Shown: positions 17,408-28,461, numbered from the stretch's first letter. The stretch: 64,000 nt of DNA from Candidatus Woesearchaeota archaeon (GCA_041658255.1 JBBAAQ010000008.1:3442-67441), one strand, 5' to 3'. Numbers and translations: made by a program. The notes: generated by a model from the sequence alone, not told the origin.

Positions 17408-18434
17408 GCAAAAATATTTAATGAATGGGTTTCCATTTTTGTCAGAGGCATATAAGAAGGGCCTTCCTAAGTACGAGTATTACAATATTGCTCCACTTAA
17501 CACTAAATCTGACTTTGAATATTACATAAAAGACATTCTCGGATTTAGACAATTAATGACGTCTGGAAAAATCAAAGAATATAATGTCGTACACATTAAT
17601 AACTGGGAAAATTTTATACAATATAAAAAAATGAGTAATCAAGTATCGATTGCAGAATCACATGCATTTCATCTTGGGTTGGATTTAAGAAAAGGTCTTG
17701 CAGATTCAGAATGGTGGAAGAAAACCGTAGTTTATGGATTAGGTGGACCGATATTTCACAAATTAACCCAAAGAAATATCAAAAACTTCGATCTATATTA
17801 TGTTGCCATACCTAATCTTCTAGAAACTGCAAAAACTATTAGAAGTGATGCCCAATGGCTTCCAAACCCGATAGATACAGGCATATTTAAAAAATCTAGA
17901 ACGCAATTTGAAGTAGAAGGCGATCCTGCAATATTTTTTCCTACACGAATTCATAAAATGAAAGAACCAGATAAAGGCTTTGAGATATTTTTAAAAATAA
18001 AGAAACATTTTCCGAAAGCAAAACTTCACCTCATCAGATACCCAGATAGGTATTGTCAATATAACGTATATAAGCCATACCTTGATAAGATGCAGAAAGA
18101 TATTATCTGGCACCCATTTGTAGATCGTAAAGATTTACCAAAATTTTATAACTCTTTTGATTTAATACTCGGAGCATTCGGAAAAGGCTTGTTAAATCTC
18201 GTTGAACTAGAAGCAATGGCCTGTAATGCGACAGTTGTGACTTACGATAAATATGAGTTTGTAAAAAAAGAACTTAATGAACTTCCCGAGTTTGCAATAG
18301 ATTTACTTACCCGTCCCACACTAAAGAAGCATTATACGCAACAATCTTACGGTTATGTGATAAATGTTCACAGCCCGAAAAATGTGTGTAAACTCCACTT
18401 GAAAAATTTACGCGCTGTTAACCCACAGTTGTAA
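17400..18434 (+). CDS. Glycosyltransferase (GT-B fold, GT4-like)
   Basis: PAIFFPTRIHKMKEPDKGFEIFLKIKK...LVELEAMACNATVV. It overlaps the FkbM gene by 8 nt. Confidence 0.5.
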   Translation: MNKQKYLMNGFPFLSEAYKKGLPKYEYYNIAPLNTKSDFEYYIKDILGFRQLMTSGKIKEYNVVHINNWENFIQYKKMSNQVSIAESHAFHLGLDLRKGLADSEWWKKTVVYGLGGPIFHKLTQRNIKNFDLYYVAIPNLLETAKTIRSDAQWLPNPIDTGIFKKSRTQFEVEGDPAIFFPTRIHKMKEPDKGFEIFLKIKKHFPKAKLHLIRYPDRYCQYNVYKPYLDKMQKDIIWHPFVDRKDLPKFYNSFDLILGAFGKGLLNLVELEAMACNATVVTYDKYEFVKKELNELPEFAIDLLTRPTLKKHYTQQSYGYVINVHSPKNVCKLHLKNLRAVNPQL

Positions 18435-18444
18435 TATTTTTTGT

Positions 18445-19092
18445 CTAGATTTTCTTTAATCGAATGATTTTTACTTCACCTAGTATCCTTAGCATTGTCG
18501 GTATCTTCCATCTGACAATAGGGATGCGTATTCGATTATAGGCACGGTTTTCGACTACGAATTTTTTATGTGTTAATGCATTTAATTGAAAATCGAATAG
18601 CGGATTGAGATGTCCCATGCCGGGTGATTTATTATTATAAGCCATATCTGATTCTAAAAAACTGAAAAATCGCGTTTGCAACGCAAAATGAATCCTACTT
18701 TGCCAATTTTCTACATTGGGTGTACTAATAATTAATCGGCCGCCCTTTTTAAGGATACGATGAATTTCATCTAATAATTGCGCGGGGCTTCTGACATGTT
18801 CAATAACTTCAACAAGCATAATGACATCAAAGCTCTTATTTTTAAATGGTAATGGCGATCTATTAAGATCTGTTGCGATAAATTTTGTTTTTGCTTTAAA
18901 ATTTTTCTTAATGAAATCTGCGCCCGTGATTTGAAATTTATGAGGATAGGTTGATGCAATACGTTCACAGAGTGCACCTGCGCCACATCCAAGGTCGAGT
19001 AGATTTCCGTGCAATCCCTCTAATAACGAAATAGATTTTGCATGAACATTTGGTGCAGTCATTTCAACAAGCATATGTTCCAGAGCGTTCAA
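18445..19092 (-). CDS. Class I SAM-dependent methyltransferase (paralogue of 10769-11473)
   Basis: LLDLGCGAGAL...FDVIMLVEVIEHV...LKKGGRLIISTPN. The start is uncertain: TTG at 19092 or ATG at 19074. Confidence 0.75.
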   Translation of the reverse strand: MNALEHMLVEMTAPNVHAKSISLLEGLHGNLLDLGCGAGALCERIASTYPHKFQITGADFIKKNFKAKTKFIATDLNRSPLPFKNKSFDVIMLVEVIEHVRSPAQLLDEIHRILKKGGRLIISTPNVENWQSRIHFALQTRFFSFLESDMAYNNKSPGMGHLNPLFDFQLNALTHKKFVVENRAYNRIRIPIVRWKIPTMLRILGEVKIIRLKKI

Positions 19093-19131
19093 TAGTTTAA
19101 AAATGTTGTCTTAACGCGGGCGATATTTTTG

Positions 19132-20541
19132 CTATTTCTTTTCTGTGTTGCGCGCTTTTGCTACATATTTTAACTGATAATATATTTTTCTTAGAAAGAA
19201 TTTTACAAATTTTGGGACCTTGAGATAGACATACCATTTTAGAAATTCTATCTTTTGTTTTAGCGGTCTTTTTTTTGCTTGATAGTATAATAATAATATT
19301 TGTAGATGCTCGAGTTCTTTTAGTGTATGCTCTGCAGTGTAATAAATCTCCTCATTTGTTTTAAGCCAGATTGAATCGTTAACAAGTTTTTTTTGTTTTG
19401 CAAGGTCGTAAATTTTTGTTCCTGGTAGTATCCACATAATTCCTCCGTAGGATAATTTCTCAGGCAGTATCTCATTGAGAAGATCAGCGGTCTCCTTAAT
19501 TGTTTCTTTCGTTTCTCCAGGACTACCGACGATAAGTGATCCGCCAACATCGATATGATAGTTCTTTACGAGCATATATGCACGTCTTATCTCTTCTTTA
19601 GTTTGTGGTTTATCAATATTTTTCAGGATGATATTTGACCCTGATTCCATTCCAAATCCTATTCCAATGCATCCTGCCTTCTTCAGCCAGTATACTCGTT
19701 CATCATCAATGATTCTTACACTGGCGGCTATAGAAAATCTAATCTTTTTATGCATTTTTATGATGCCTTTACATATCTTGATCAACCGTTTCTTATCTAT
19801 GATAAAGTTATCATCATAAAAAAATATATTATATGTGTGATATTTCTTTACGTAATATCTTATCTCTTTGAGTACATTCTCTGCTGAACGCGCCCTGAAT
19901 CTCTTCTCCCAATATGGTGATGATGAACAGAATGCGCAACCATAAGGGCATCCGCGTGAACTCATGATTGGAATAAAATCTCCGTTAAATGCAGGACTAA
20001 TATAATTAGAAAATGTGATGTTTGAATAATCTGGCACAGGAAATGAATCAATATCTTGTTCGAGTTGTCGACGTAGTGTTAGTGTGATTTTGTGTCCTTG
20101 ACGATAAGCAATTCCTTTTATGATAGTAATATCTTCATTCTCTGTAATTGCTCGTACTAGTTCCACCAGTGTATGATCCCCTTCATACAGCACTACATAG
20201 TCAATCGGCGCAAGTATGAACATCTGTTCAGGAAATAATGACGCATGCTGCCCTCCGAAGATGATGATGCATTCAGGAAATAGTGTCTTTACGAGTTTTG
20301 CTAATTTGTATGACATTCCGCGCTCGATTGTTAAGCAGGGTATTCCAACAATATCTGGTTTCTCCTCTAATAAGATGCTTTTAATTTTTTCCTCATTCAT
20401 TCCTGCAAAATCCCATACTTTAGAATCAAATCCGTATTTTTTCAGATTCGCAGAAAGATAACATAGCCCTATCGGTGCAACGAGGTGCGAATATCCTGTT
20501 TCGCTCGGGGGACTGAGTAATAATATTTTTAATTTTTTCAT
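19132..20541 (-). CDS. B12-binding-domain radical SAM protein (paralogue of 11575-12993)
   Basis: PDIVGIPCLT...IIFGGQH followed by SRGCPYGCAFCSS. It is collinear with the other copy. Confidence 0.8.
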   Translation of the reverse strand: MKKLKILLLSPPSETGYSHLVAPIGLCYLSANLKKYGFDSKVWDFAGMNEEKIKSILLEEKPDIVGIPCLTIERGMSYKLAKLVKTLFPECIIIFGGQHASLFPEQMFILAPIDYVVLYEGDHTLVELVRAITENEDITIIKGIAYRQGHKITLTLRRQLEQDIDSFPVPDYSNITFSNYISPAFNGDFIPIMSSRGCPYGCAFCSSSPYWEKRFRARSAENVLKEIRYYVKKYHTYNIFFYDDNFIIDKKRLIKICKGIIKMHKKIRFSIAASVRIIDDERVYWLKKAGCIGIGFGMESGSNIILKNIDKPQTKEEIRRAYMLVKNYHIDVGGSLIVGSPGETKETIKETADLLNEILPEKLSYGGIMWILPGTKIYDLAKQKKLVNDSIWLKTNEEIYYTAEHTLKELEHLQILLLYYQAKKRPLKQKIEFLKWYVYLKVPKFVKFFLRKIYYQLKYVAKARNTEKK

Positions 20542-20589
20542 GTGTGTATTGTATGTATTTTTTTAGTCAGTATTATTTCTGTTCAGGCA

Positions 20590-22083
20590 TCAATTCACTT
20601 TTTCCTGATCTTTTTTTAATATTAATTTCGTAAAAAATAAGATGTCCTGAAATTTAATTATGCGCAGCACTAACAGCAACGCGGCGTATACGATTGCAGT
20701 GATCGCAGCAATGACAATGAGTTTAGGTATTATTGTCAGCAGTATTATCCCGCGCAGCCAGTTGATAAAAAATATCATCCCGATCGATATGAGTGTGAGC
20801 ATCCCCCATGCATAATACGGGAATGAGAATGCGATTTCTTTTCGTGCGTAAATTATAGATATGATGGTTCCGACGATAAAACTTGCAAGTGTTGCATATG
20901 CTGCACCAATAATTCCATAGCGTGGAACAAGCATTATATTAAGTAACAAGTTTAATACAGCGATACCTATCATGATCCGTGCAATCTTGTGAGGTTTTCC
21001 TATTGCAGTCAATACCGCAGTATTGATCATGCATATGGAAAAGAATATTGCTGATATGGATAATATCCGCAATACGGGGGCGGCAGCAGTATATTTTGAT
21101 GTAAATAATATATTGATGATAATATCAGGGAACGCGTACATCATAATGGTGATAGGTAGGATGACAATGATGAGGTAGGTGTATATCAGTTCAAGGCCCG
21201 CAATAAGCTGTTTATACCCTTTCTTTGAATATAGCTCTGTTGCAAGAGGGTAGACCACTAGTGAAATCGAACTCGTGATATACAGAATCAATCCTGAAAT
21301 CGGAACCGCAATCTGATATATTGCAACTTGCACAGGATTAGTAAAATATGTGACTGCCATAGTATCAAGTTGTGTAATCAGAAACCATGCGAGATTAGTG
21401 AATAATATGAACATGCCAAATTTGATTGTTTCAACAGTTAACGCTTTGTTGACTTTGAATTTGAATGATATTTTTCGCAACCGCTTTGCAAATAAATAGG
21501 CAATAATAATGAGTACGAATTGGGCGATTAGATATGCATATGCTGGTGCTGCAAACCCAAACCCGAGCAATATCCCGACAATGCTGAATAGCATGATTAA
21601 AAAATATTTCAGCATATCAATAAACGCGAAAATCTCTGAGCGCTGATATCCATAAATCGTATATACAAATGAAGATAGTATAGGCATCGACACAAGCCAA
21701 ATTGCAAAGATAATTATCAATGATGATGCATTAGCATGAAAATAGTATTGTGATAAATATTTTGAAAATACTACCAGTAGCACTCCAATAATCAATGAAA
21801 CACTTAATTGGAAACTCATGATGTTCATGATGAGATCATTAATGAGAGGTGTTCTCTTCTTTATCGTTAACTCAATAATCTTTCTTGCTACTGCTTGTCC
21901 AAGTCCTGCGTCAACAAAATAAGTGATGAATAGAAAAATAGTAACGACGCTATAGAACAATCCGAATTCTGCAACACTCAGGTTTCGCGCAAGGACAATA
22001 CGTGTCAGGTAACCGAATAATCCTCCCAGAAGCGATATCATAAACACAATCAGTGTCCCTCGTAGTGCTTTCTTGAGATACAT
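20590..22083 (-). CDS. wzx: MOP/Wzx-type oligosaccharide flippase
   Basis: A 497-aa polytopic membrane protein with the polysaccharide-biosynthesis (Wzx) architecture. Confidence 0.7.
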   Translation of the reverse strand: MYLKKALRGTLIVFMISLLGGLFGYLTRIVLARNLSVAEFGLFYSVVTIFLFITYFVDAGLGQAVARKIIELTIKKRTPLINDLIMNIMSFQLSVSLIIGVLLVVFSKYLSQYYFHANASSLIIIFAIWLVSMPILSSFVYTIYGYQRSEIFAFIDMLKYFLIMLFSIVGILLGFGFAAPAYAYLIAQFVLIIIAYLFAKRLRKISFKFKVNKALTVETIKFGMFILFTNLAWFLITQLDTMAVTYFTNPVQVAIYQIAVPISGLILYITSSISLVVYPLATELYSKKGYKQLIAGLELIYTYLIIVILPITIMMYAFPDIIINILFTSKYTAAAPVLRILSISAIFFSICMINTAVLTAIGKPHKIARIMIGIAVLNLLLNIMLVPRYGIIGAAYATLASFIVGTIISIIYARKEIAFSFPYYAWGMLTLISIGMIFFINWLRGIILLTIIPKLIVIAAITAIVYAALLLVLRIIKFQDILFFTKLILKKDQEKVN

Positions 22084-22166
22084 ATTGTTGTAAGTATTTC
22101 TCTTTTTTTAAATCTTCTCTCTTTGACGTTATCGTCAAATGCTCCAGTATATTATTTTTCATCAAA

Positions 22167-22174
22167 TTTATAAA
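22167..22174 (+). promoter_or_regulatory. TATA box upstream of aglB
   Basis: aaaTTTATAAAtg. The ATG at 22184 is only 10 bp away and so is probably upstream of the transcription start. The ATG at 22211 is preferred. Confidence 0.4.
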
Positions 22175-22210
22175 TGAATTCTTATGTGTGTAACTATATT
22201 AGGGGGTGTT

Positions 22211-25090
22211 ATGGTGAGTACACAGCAGCGTGATTCAGATGATGATGTAAGTATTGACTTTTCTAAATTGAAGAGTTTTTTTAGTCCAAAAACAATCAGT
22301 ATCTTATTATTGGTTCTCCTTATCGCAATCCCTGTTATTCTTACTGCATATATCCGTTTGCAGGCATGGAATATTCCTGCAACAGATGGTTGGGCAAAAT
22401 CTTCTGTAGATAATTATTATCGTAATCAAATAGCACAATCAGTCACTGCACAATATCCAAATCTTCCGACAGCACAACGCGAACAATTAATCACCCAACA
22501 ATACACTGAATTCAAGAAAACAAATAAGGCGCAGATTGATGCGCAAGTTCAGCAAACATCTGCTTATTTTAAGACAGGGATGCAGTATGAAGAAAACGGC
22601 AATACTTACACTTTTCTTGGAGATTTAGATTCCTATTTTTATTTGCGTTATGCTCGTAATGTGGAAAAAACAGGCGTGGTTTGTGATATTGTGGATTCAA
22701 AAGGCGCATGTATTGATACTCACATGTGGGCGCCATTAACTTCTGAGGCAGGTGCATCACTTCATCCTTATGCTACAGTCTACCTCTACCGATTCCTCCA
22801 CTTCTTTAATGCAAAAGTTAATCTTATGCAGGCAGCATTCATCCTTCCAACAATTATTGCAATGATTGCAGCTATCGCAGCATTCTTTATTGGGCGAAGA
22901 TTAATGAATAATACGGCAGGATTTTTTGCTGCAATATTTATTGCAGTAAGCCCATTATTAGTGACGCGCACCATGGGTTCTGATACTGATATCTGGAATA
23001 TTATGTTTCCCATGGTTATTATCTGGTTATTCCTTGAAGCATTCGAAACAAAACGTTTATGGGTAAAATTAACACTTACTGCAGCAACAGGCCTTGCATT
23101 AGCATTCTTTAACTTTGCATGGGGGGGATGGTGGTACATCTTCTACTTTATCCTTGCAGCACTCATAGGATACATTGGTTTTATTGCACTAAAAAAATAT
23201 TTAAAGCATAAATCATTAAAACATATCTTCGATACTGAAATGCGTGATACCCTTTTCGTTTTAGGGATATTATTCTTTTCAACTGCATTTTTTGTAACCA
23301 TTATCTATTCATTCAATAATTTTACGAATGCACTTCAAGCACCATTCATGTTTTCTGAAACATTAAAGGTTGCTGTTGCAACCCAATTATGGCCTAATGT
23401 CTTAACAACAGTTGCTGAACTCAATGAAGCAGGACTTACAACAATAGTCGGCCAAGTATCTTTTGGTATTGCAATACTCTTCAGTCTCGCAGCACTCGGC
23501 ATTATCTTTACGTTAGTCAAAAGGAAGCCCGACACTAAAGATTATATTCTCATCGCTATTGCAGCAGTAGTATATTTATTCTTGATATCGACAACTGCAT
23601 TAAACCTTAATTACAAACTGTATCTTGTGATATTACTGCTTCCAGTACTATTGGGTTTATGGTTTGTTTTACGTGATGAAAAGACGCACGATATTAAACC
23701 TGCATTGATCTTAATGATATGGTTTATCGGAATGATCTATACGAGCACGAAAGGTATACGATTCATCCTCTTACTGATTCCCGCGTTCAGTATAGCGCTT
23801 GGTGTTGCAATAGGGTATTTTTATCAATACTTTGCGCGTATATTCAATGAAAGTTTTCATATGAAAGAGAAACTTGCACAATTTATCGTATTTATTCTCC
23901 TCTGCTTGATTTTGATTGCACCAATCAGTATTGGTATCAATGCAGGAAAATCTTATGTTCCATCAATAACTAAAGGATGGTGGGATTCGCTCTCAAAAAT
24001 CCGTGAGGAATCAAAACCTGATGCGATTATCACCTCTTGGTGGGATTTCGGGCATTGGTTCAAATATGTTGCAGACCGTCGGGTAACATTTGATGGCGCT
24101 TCACAATTACCGCCAATTGCTATGTGGGTAGGACATAGTCTTCAGACGAACAGTGAACAAGAGACTGTAGGAATACTGCGCATGCTTGCCTGCGGCAGTA
24201 ATAAAGCATTTGAAGAAGTAGATAAAAAATTTAATGATACAGAAAAATCGCAAAATATTGTAGCAGACATCTTACTCCTCAACAGGGCCGATGCAGAATC
24301 CTATCTCAAAAAGCACGGATTCACTAATCAGGAAATAATAGATATCCTTCAGTACAGTCATTGCACTCCACCTGACGTCTATTATATCACTTCAGAAGAT
24401 ATGGTCGGCAAAGCAGGCGTTTGGGGACACTTTGGAACATGGGATATTGATCGCGCATACATCATTAACAATGTGAGACCAGAATCATTCGAAGTAGGAA
24501 CACGATTACTTAAAGAACGGTTCAATTATTCTGATGAAGAAGCTGCTAAAATCTATTATGAAGTACAAGCGTTGTCAACAGACAGGCAAATGAATGATTG
24601 GATTGCGCCATGGCCGGGATATGCGGGAAACATGGTCACTTGTACTGAGAGTAAGAACATGACAGGTATCATTCTTTGTCAGACAAATCTTAATCTTGGA
24701 AGTAATGGTCAGGCAAATGTAGTTATTGAACGTGCAGTCATAAACCTCACTAATCCACTAGAATCTGTTGTAAGTGTCGGATTCTTTGATGGTACGAATA
24801 GACGCGTCGGGCAGAATGTCGCAACATTCCAAAAAATAGTTATCGCAGATAACAACTACACAACATATACTCCACAGAATGCAACATTCACATTCGGACT
24901 ACTCTTAAATATTAATCGTGCAAATAATCAGACAACCTATAGTGCAATCGTCGCAGACCAGCTCTTAATAGATTCAACATTCACAAAATTATTCTTTTTA
25001 GACGGAAAGAATATGAATCATTTCGAGAAGTTCTCAGAGATAACAGATATCACCGGAACAAAGATTATTGTCTGGAAAGTCAAGTGGTAG
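22211..25090 (+). CDS. aglB: Archaeal oligosaccharyltransferase AglB (STT3 family)
   Basis: A multi-TM N-terminal half is followed by the catalytic motif SWWDFGHWF (WWDxG) and a large soluble C-terminal domain. Confidence 0.9.
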   Translation: MVSTQQRDSDDDVSIDFSKLKSFFSPKTISILLLVLLIAIPVILTAYIRLQAWNIPATDGWAKSSVDNYYRNQIAQSVTAQYPNLPTAQREQLITQQYTEFKKTNKAQIDAQVQQTSAYFKTGMQYEENGNTYTFLGDLDSYFYLRYARNVEKTGVVCDIVDSKGACIDTHMWAPLTSEAGASLHPYATVYLYRFLHFFNAKVNLMQAAFILPTIIAMIAAIAAFFIGRRLMNNTAGFFAAIFIAVSPLLVTRTMGSDTDIWNIMFPMVIIWLFLEAFETKRLWVKLTLTAATGLALAFFNFAWGGWWYIFYFILAALIGYIGFIALKKYLKHKSLKHIFDTEMRDTLFVLGILFFSTAFFVTIIYSFNNFTNALQAPFMFSETLKVAVATQLWPNVLTTVAELNEAGLTTIVGQVSFGIAILFSLAALGIIFTLVKRKPDTKDYILIAIAAVVYLFLISTTALNLNYKLYLVILLLPVLLGLWFVLRDEKTHDIKPALILMIWFIGMIYTSTKGIRFILLLIPAFSIALGVAIGYFYQYFARIFNESFHMKEKLAQFIVFILLCLILIAPISIGINAGKSYVPSITKGWWDSLSKIREESKPDAIITSWWDFGHWFKYVADRRVTFDGASQLPPIAMWVGHSLQTNSEQETVGILRMLACGSNKAFEEVDKKFNDTEKSQNIVADILLLNRADAESYLKKHGFTNQEIIDILQYSHCTPPDVYYITSEDMVGKAGVWGHFGTWDIDRAYIINNVRPESFEVGTRLLKERFNYSDEEAAKIYYEVQALSTDRQMNDWIAPWPGYAGNMVTCTESKNMTGIILCQTNLNLGSNGQANVVIERAVINLTNPLESVVSVGFFDGTNRRVGQNVATFQKIVIADNNYTTYTPQNATFTFGLLLNINRANNQTTYSAIVADQLLIDSTFTKLFFLDGKNMNHFEKFSEITDITGTKIIVWKVKW

Positions 25091-25123
25091 AATTAATAAT
25101 AAGTCCATAGCATAACTAATAAC

Positions 25124-25996
25124 ATGAAAAATGTCGTTATTTTAAATAAAAAAGAAATTAAGGACAGAATATATTTAATCCGGGATATGCAAGTAATACT
25201 TGATAAAGATTTAGCAGAACTATATGGGGTAAAAGCAATTCGTTTGAGAGAACAAGTTAAAAGAAATATTAAAAGATTTCCTCCAGATTTTATGTTTCAA
25301 TTAACTAATAAAGAAGTAGATGTTTTGGTATCGCAAAATGCGATACCATCAAAAAAACATCTTGGAGGATATTTGCCTTATGTTTTTACAGAACAGGGTG
25401 TTGCAAATCTTTCAAGTGTACTTACAAATGATAAGGCAATAGAGGTAAATATTCAAATTATGCGAACATTTGTAGCAATGAGAAAATTTATCTCTTCAAA
25501 TGCGCAGATATTTCATCGATTAGATACAGTTGAAAGAAAGCAGTTAGAACATGATGACAAATTTGATCAATTATTTGATGCAATACAGAGTAAAGATATT
25601 AAGCCTGAAAAAGGGATATTTTTTGATGGGCAAATATTTGATTCGTATAAATTTATTTCGGATATTATACGAACAGCAAATGAATCTATTATATTGATTG
25701 ACAATTATATTGATGATTCAGTATTAACGCTATTTAATAAGAGAAAGAGAGATGTAAGGGTTATTATATTTACTAAAGAAATAACGAGACAGTTAACACT
25801 TGATTTGAGTAAATATAATTCTCAATATTCACCAATAGAAATTAAAGAGTTTAAACAATCACATGACCGGTTTATAATAATAGATAATAAAGAGGTTTAT
25901 CATTTTGGAGCTTCATTAAAAGATTTAGGAAAAAAATGGTTCGCATTTTCAAAATTCGATAAAGAAGCATTCAAGATAATAGAGAAGTTAAAATGA
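25124..25996 (+). CDS. ORF6N-domain protein with a PLD/HKD-like C-terminal domain
   Basis: IYLIRDMQVILDKDLAELYGVKAIRLREQVKRNIKRFPPDFMFQLT...YVFTEQGVANLSSVL is an ORF6N domain. The C-terminus carries HDRFIIIDNKEVYHFGASLKDLG. Confidence 0.7.
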   Translation: MKNVVILNKKEIKDRIYLIRDMQVILDKDLAELYGVKAIRLREQVKRNIKRFPPDFMFQLTNKEVDVLVSQNAIPSKKHLGGYLPYVFTEQGVANLSSVLTNDKAIEVNIQIMRTFVAMRKFISSNAQIFHRLDTVERKQLEHDDKFDQLFDAIQSKDIKPEKGIFFDGQIFDSYKFISDIIRTANESIILIDNYIDDSVLTLFNKRKRDVRVIIFTKEITRQLTLDLSKYNSQYSPIEIKEFKQSHDRFIIIDNKEVYHFGASLKDLGKKWFAFSKFDKEAFKIIEKLK

Positions 25997-26082
25997 GTAT
26001 AATAACGACGTGCTCGTATTCGGTTATAGCAAATAACATTATTAATCATATGGAAAGTAAAGTGGTAACGTGTTAAATCATC

Positions 26083-27792
26083 ATGAGAAAACTGATTGAA
26101 CGCCTCAAACAAACACCTCGGCAGACATACATCATTATCGGGATACTTTTCTTAATCATGGTATTTGCATTCATTCTGCGATCCTACCATATGAATTATC
26201 CGACAATCGGATACCATAATATGAAGGAGGATCATTACCTTAGTTTAGCATTAAACATGCGCGAAAGCGGCAATTACCTAAGAACAACATGGTTTGATTG
26301 TTCAGGATACTTTGTTAATAATTATTTCGGAGATTCTTATCAGTCCTGTAGCGCAAATAGTGACGAGAGCCCTCCTGCGGTGTGGTCGCTTCTACTTTTT
26401 TTTGGAATTTTTGGATGGAAACTATGGGTTGCGCGGCTATTCATCATTCTTCTTGCAGTACTCACCATTGTACCAATTTATCTTATCATAAAGAAATTAT
26501 CACATAATGATTATCTTGCATTACTTTCAGCATTTATTTACGCAGTTCTTCCTCTCGCAATCTTTTTTGGGCGCAACATCCAAATGGATGCGCCATCATA
26601 TTTTTTTAGTCTTTTCGCGTTATATTTCTTCATGGAATTTATAGATACTAATACTACAAAACATTTCATTCTAGGTGCAGTCATGTTTGTACTTGCTGCA
26701 TGGTATAAACCGTTATCGCTTTTTGTCCTCGCTGCATTAATTTTTATTATCCCTTGGCAGACCTATAAACAATATGTTACCCGCGCCCGTAAATACAAAA
26801 TCGAAATTTTTGTTCTTTTGATTGCAATCATTTTAGCAACGATTTGGCCATTATATCTTGCAGGCGCAGTGATGCCTGCTGCAAAATCTTTAGGCGCTGC
26901 AGGTGTAGATTTCAGCGCAGCATGGTTTGGAAAGAATGGCTGGGTTGATATCACGTTCTCATTATTTAGCGCAGAATACTGGCAAAATTATAAACCAATA
27001 CTCTTTTCCTATTTTGCAGATAACTATAGTTGGATTGGATTCTGGCTCATGATTATCGGCTTTATACTCTTCTGTTTAAAGTATCAATCAAAAATCTCGC
27101 GATTCATTTTTGGATATGCTCTAGGGATAGCACTGTATATCCCATTATTTGCATATAAATGGAATGCGCACGCCTATTACCAATACCCATTCTTATTATT
27201 TGCAGCATTATGCATTGCAAATGTATTTTTCCAGGCGGGAATGCTGCTGAAGTCGTTTACCTCTCATAAACTTGCAAAAACACTTATACAATACCTCCCA
27301 CTCGTAGGGTTGTTGTTTCTTGTCGCCCCATTCACAGAATCAACTGCACGCGTATTTAACACCCAATTCTTCGGCTCAGACATTGCAGGAACATACATTA
27401 ATCAACATACGAATAAAGGCGAGATCTTCTTGATAGAGCGCGGAATCCAAAGCCAAGTCTCCTGGTACGCGCAGCGATTCTATTACGCCCTTCCTGATAA
27501 TGAAACCATTATTGAGCGCCTCGAAAGCGAAAGAAATCTGAAATATATTGTCCTTACACATTCCGGAGTATCTACTGCACAACAAAAAAAGAGTTGGCAA
27601 TATATTGTAGACCATTATCGTATTGTACAAGTAGGATTTATTCAAACACCTCAAGGACCAAAAATATATCATCTTGTTCTCGAGAAAGGGGGAACTGTTG
27701 ATTGGGATGGTCTTAACGGTAAACCTTCACGTCTTATAACAACTTATGAATTTACGAGTATGAAGATTCCTTATTATGTTATTGAACCATAA
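26083..27792 (+). CDS. GT-C fold glycosyltransferase (ArnT/PMT_2-like)
   Basis: A 569-aa polytopic membrane protein with an ArnT/PMT-type N-terminal loop (YHNMKEDHYLSLALNM) and a soluble C-terminal domain. Confidence 0.65.
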   Translation: MRKLIERLKQTPRQTYIIIGILFLIMVFAFILRSYHMNYPTIGYHNMKEDHYLSLALNMRESGNYLRTTWFDCSGYFVNNYFGDSYQSCSANSDESPPAVWSLLLFFGIFGWKLWVARLFIILLAVLTIVPIYLIIKKLSHNDYLALLSAFIYAVLPLAIFFGRNIQMDAPSYFFSLFALYFFMEFIDTNTTKHFILGAVMFVLAAWYKPLSLFVLAALIFIIPWQTYKQYVTRARKYKIEIFVLLIAIILATIWPLYLAGAVMPAAKSLGAAGVDFSAAWFGKNGWVDITFSLFSAEYWQNYKPILFSYFADNYSWIGFWLMIIGFILFCLKYQSKISRFIFGYALGIALYIPLFAYKWNAHAYYQYPFLLFAALCIANVFFQAGMLLKSFTSHKLAKTLIQYLPLVGLLFLVAPFTESTARVFNTQFFGSDIAGTYINQHTNKGEIFLIERGIQSQVSWYAQRFYYALPDNETIIERLESERNLKYIVLTHSGVSTAQQKKSWQYIVDHYRIVQVGFIQTPQGPKIYHLVLEKGGTVDWDGLNGKPSRLITTYEFTSMKIPYYVIEP

Positions 27793-27795
27793 TAA

Positions 27796-28461
27796 TTATT
27801 TTCTCCAGTGTTTCGTTATAGGATCAATAAAATATTCTACGAATATGGAAATTCCTAATGAAATAAATGCATACCGCGTACTTCCTTTAGTCTCGGTCTT
27901 TCTCTTTCGAAGTGCATCCCGCAAACTTCCCGTAAATACCGTATATCCTCTTCCAATATCTTGAGGGATATGTGCATCACTTCCGCCAGTCTGCGCGAAT
28001 CCATACTTTTCTGCAGCATGACGTGCAGCAGAATTGAGTTTGCAGGTATTTCTTGAATTAATTGTTTCAATAGCATCAACTATTGAACGTAATTTGTTGA
28101 ATGGATATTGCATGGACATGAATCTGACATATGTTATTGGATGAGGGATGATGATGAGCCCACCCTGATGCTTTATTTCACGGATGACTGTAAAGAAATC
28201 CCTGCTCTTAATCTCTTTCTTAAGATATAATCCTATCACATCACCGTATTGCGTGCGCATCTCCTCACCCGGGATGACTTCGAAATATTTATCCTTATTC
28301 AGTTTCTTAAGGACAGGGTATGCGCGCATGGTCTCATGATCCGTAATTGCAATGCCATCAAGCCCTGCTTTTTTTGCGCGTCTAAGAATTTCTTTTGGAG
28401 TGATGATGCTGCAGGGTGAATAGTGGGAATGGATATGTAAATCATATTTTTTGAGCGCCAT
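27796..28461 (-). CDS. PHP-domain metal-dependent phosphoesterase
   Basis: YDLHIHSHYSPCS...GLDGIAITDHETM...GGSDAH. Confidence 0.8.
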   Translation of the reverse strand: MALKKYDLHIHSHYSPCSIITPKEILRRAKKAGLDGIAITDHETMRAYPVLKKLNKDKYFEVIPGEEMRTQYGDVIGLYLKKEIKSRDFFTVIREIKHQGGLIIIPHPITYVRFMSMQYPFNKLRSIVDAIETINSRNTCKLNSAARHAAEKYGFAQTGGSDAHIPQDIGRGYTVFTGSLRDALRKRKTETKGSTRYAFISLGISIFVEYFIDPITKHWRK

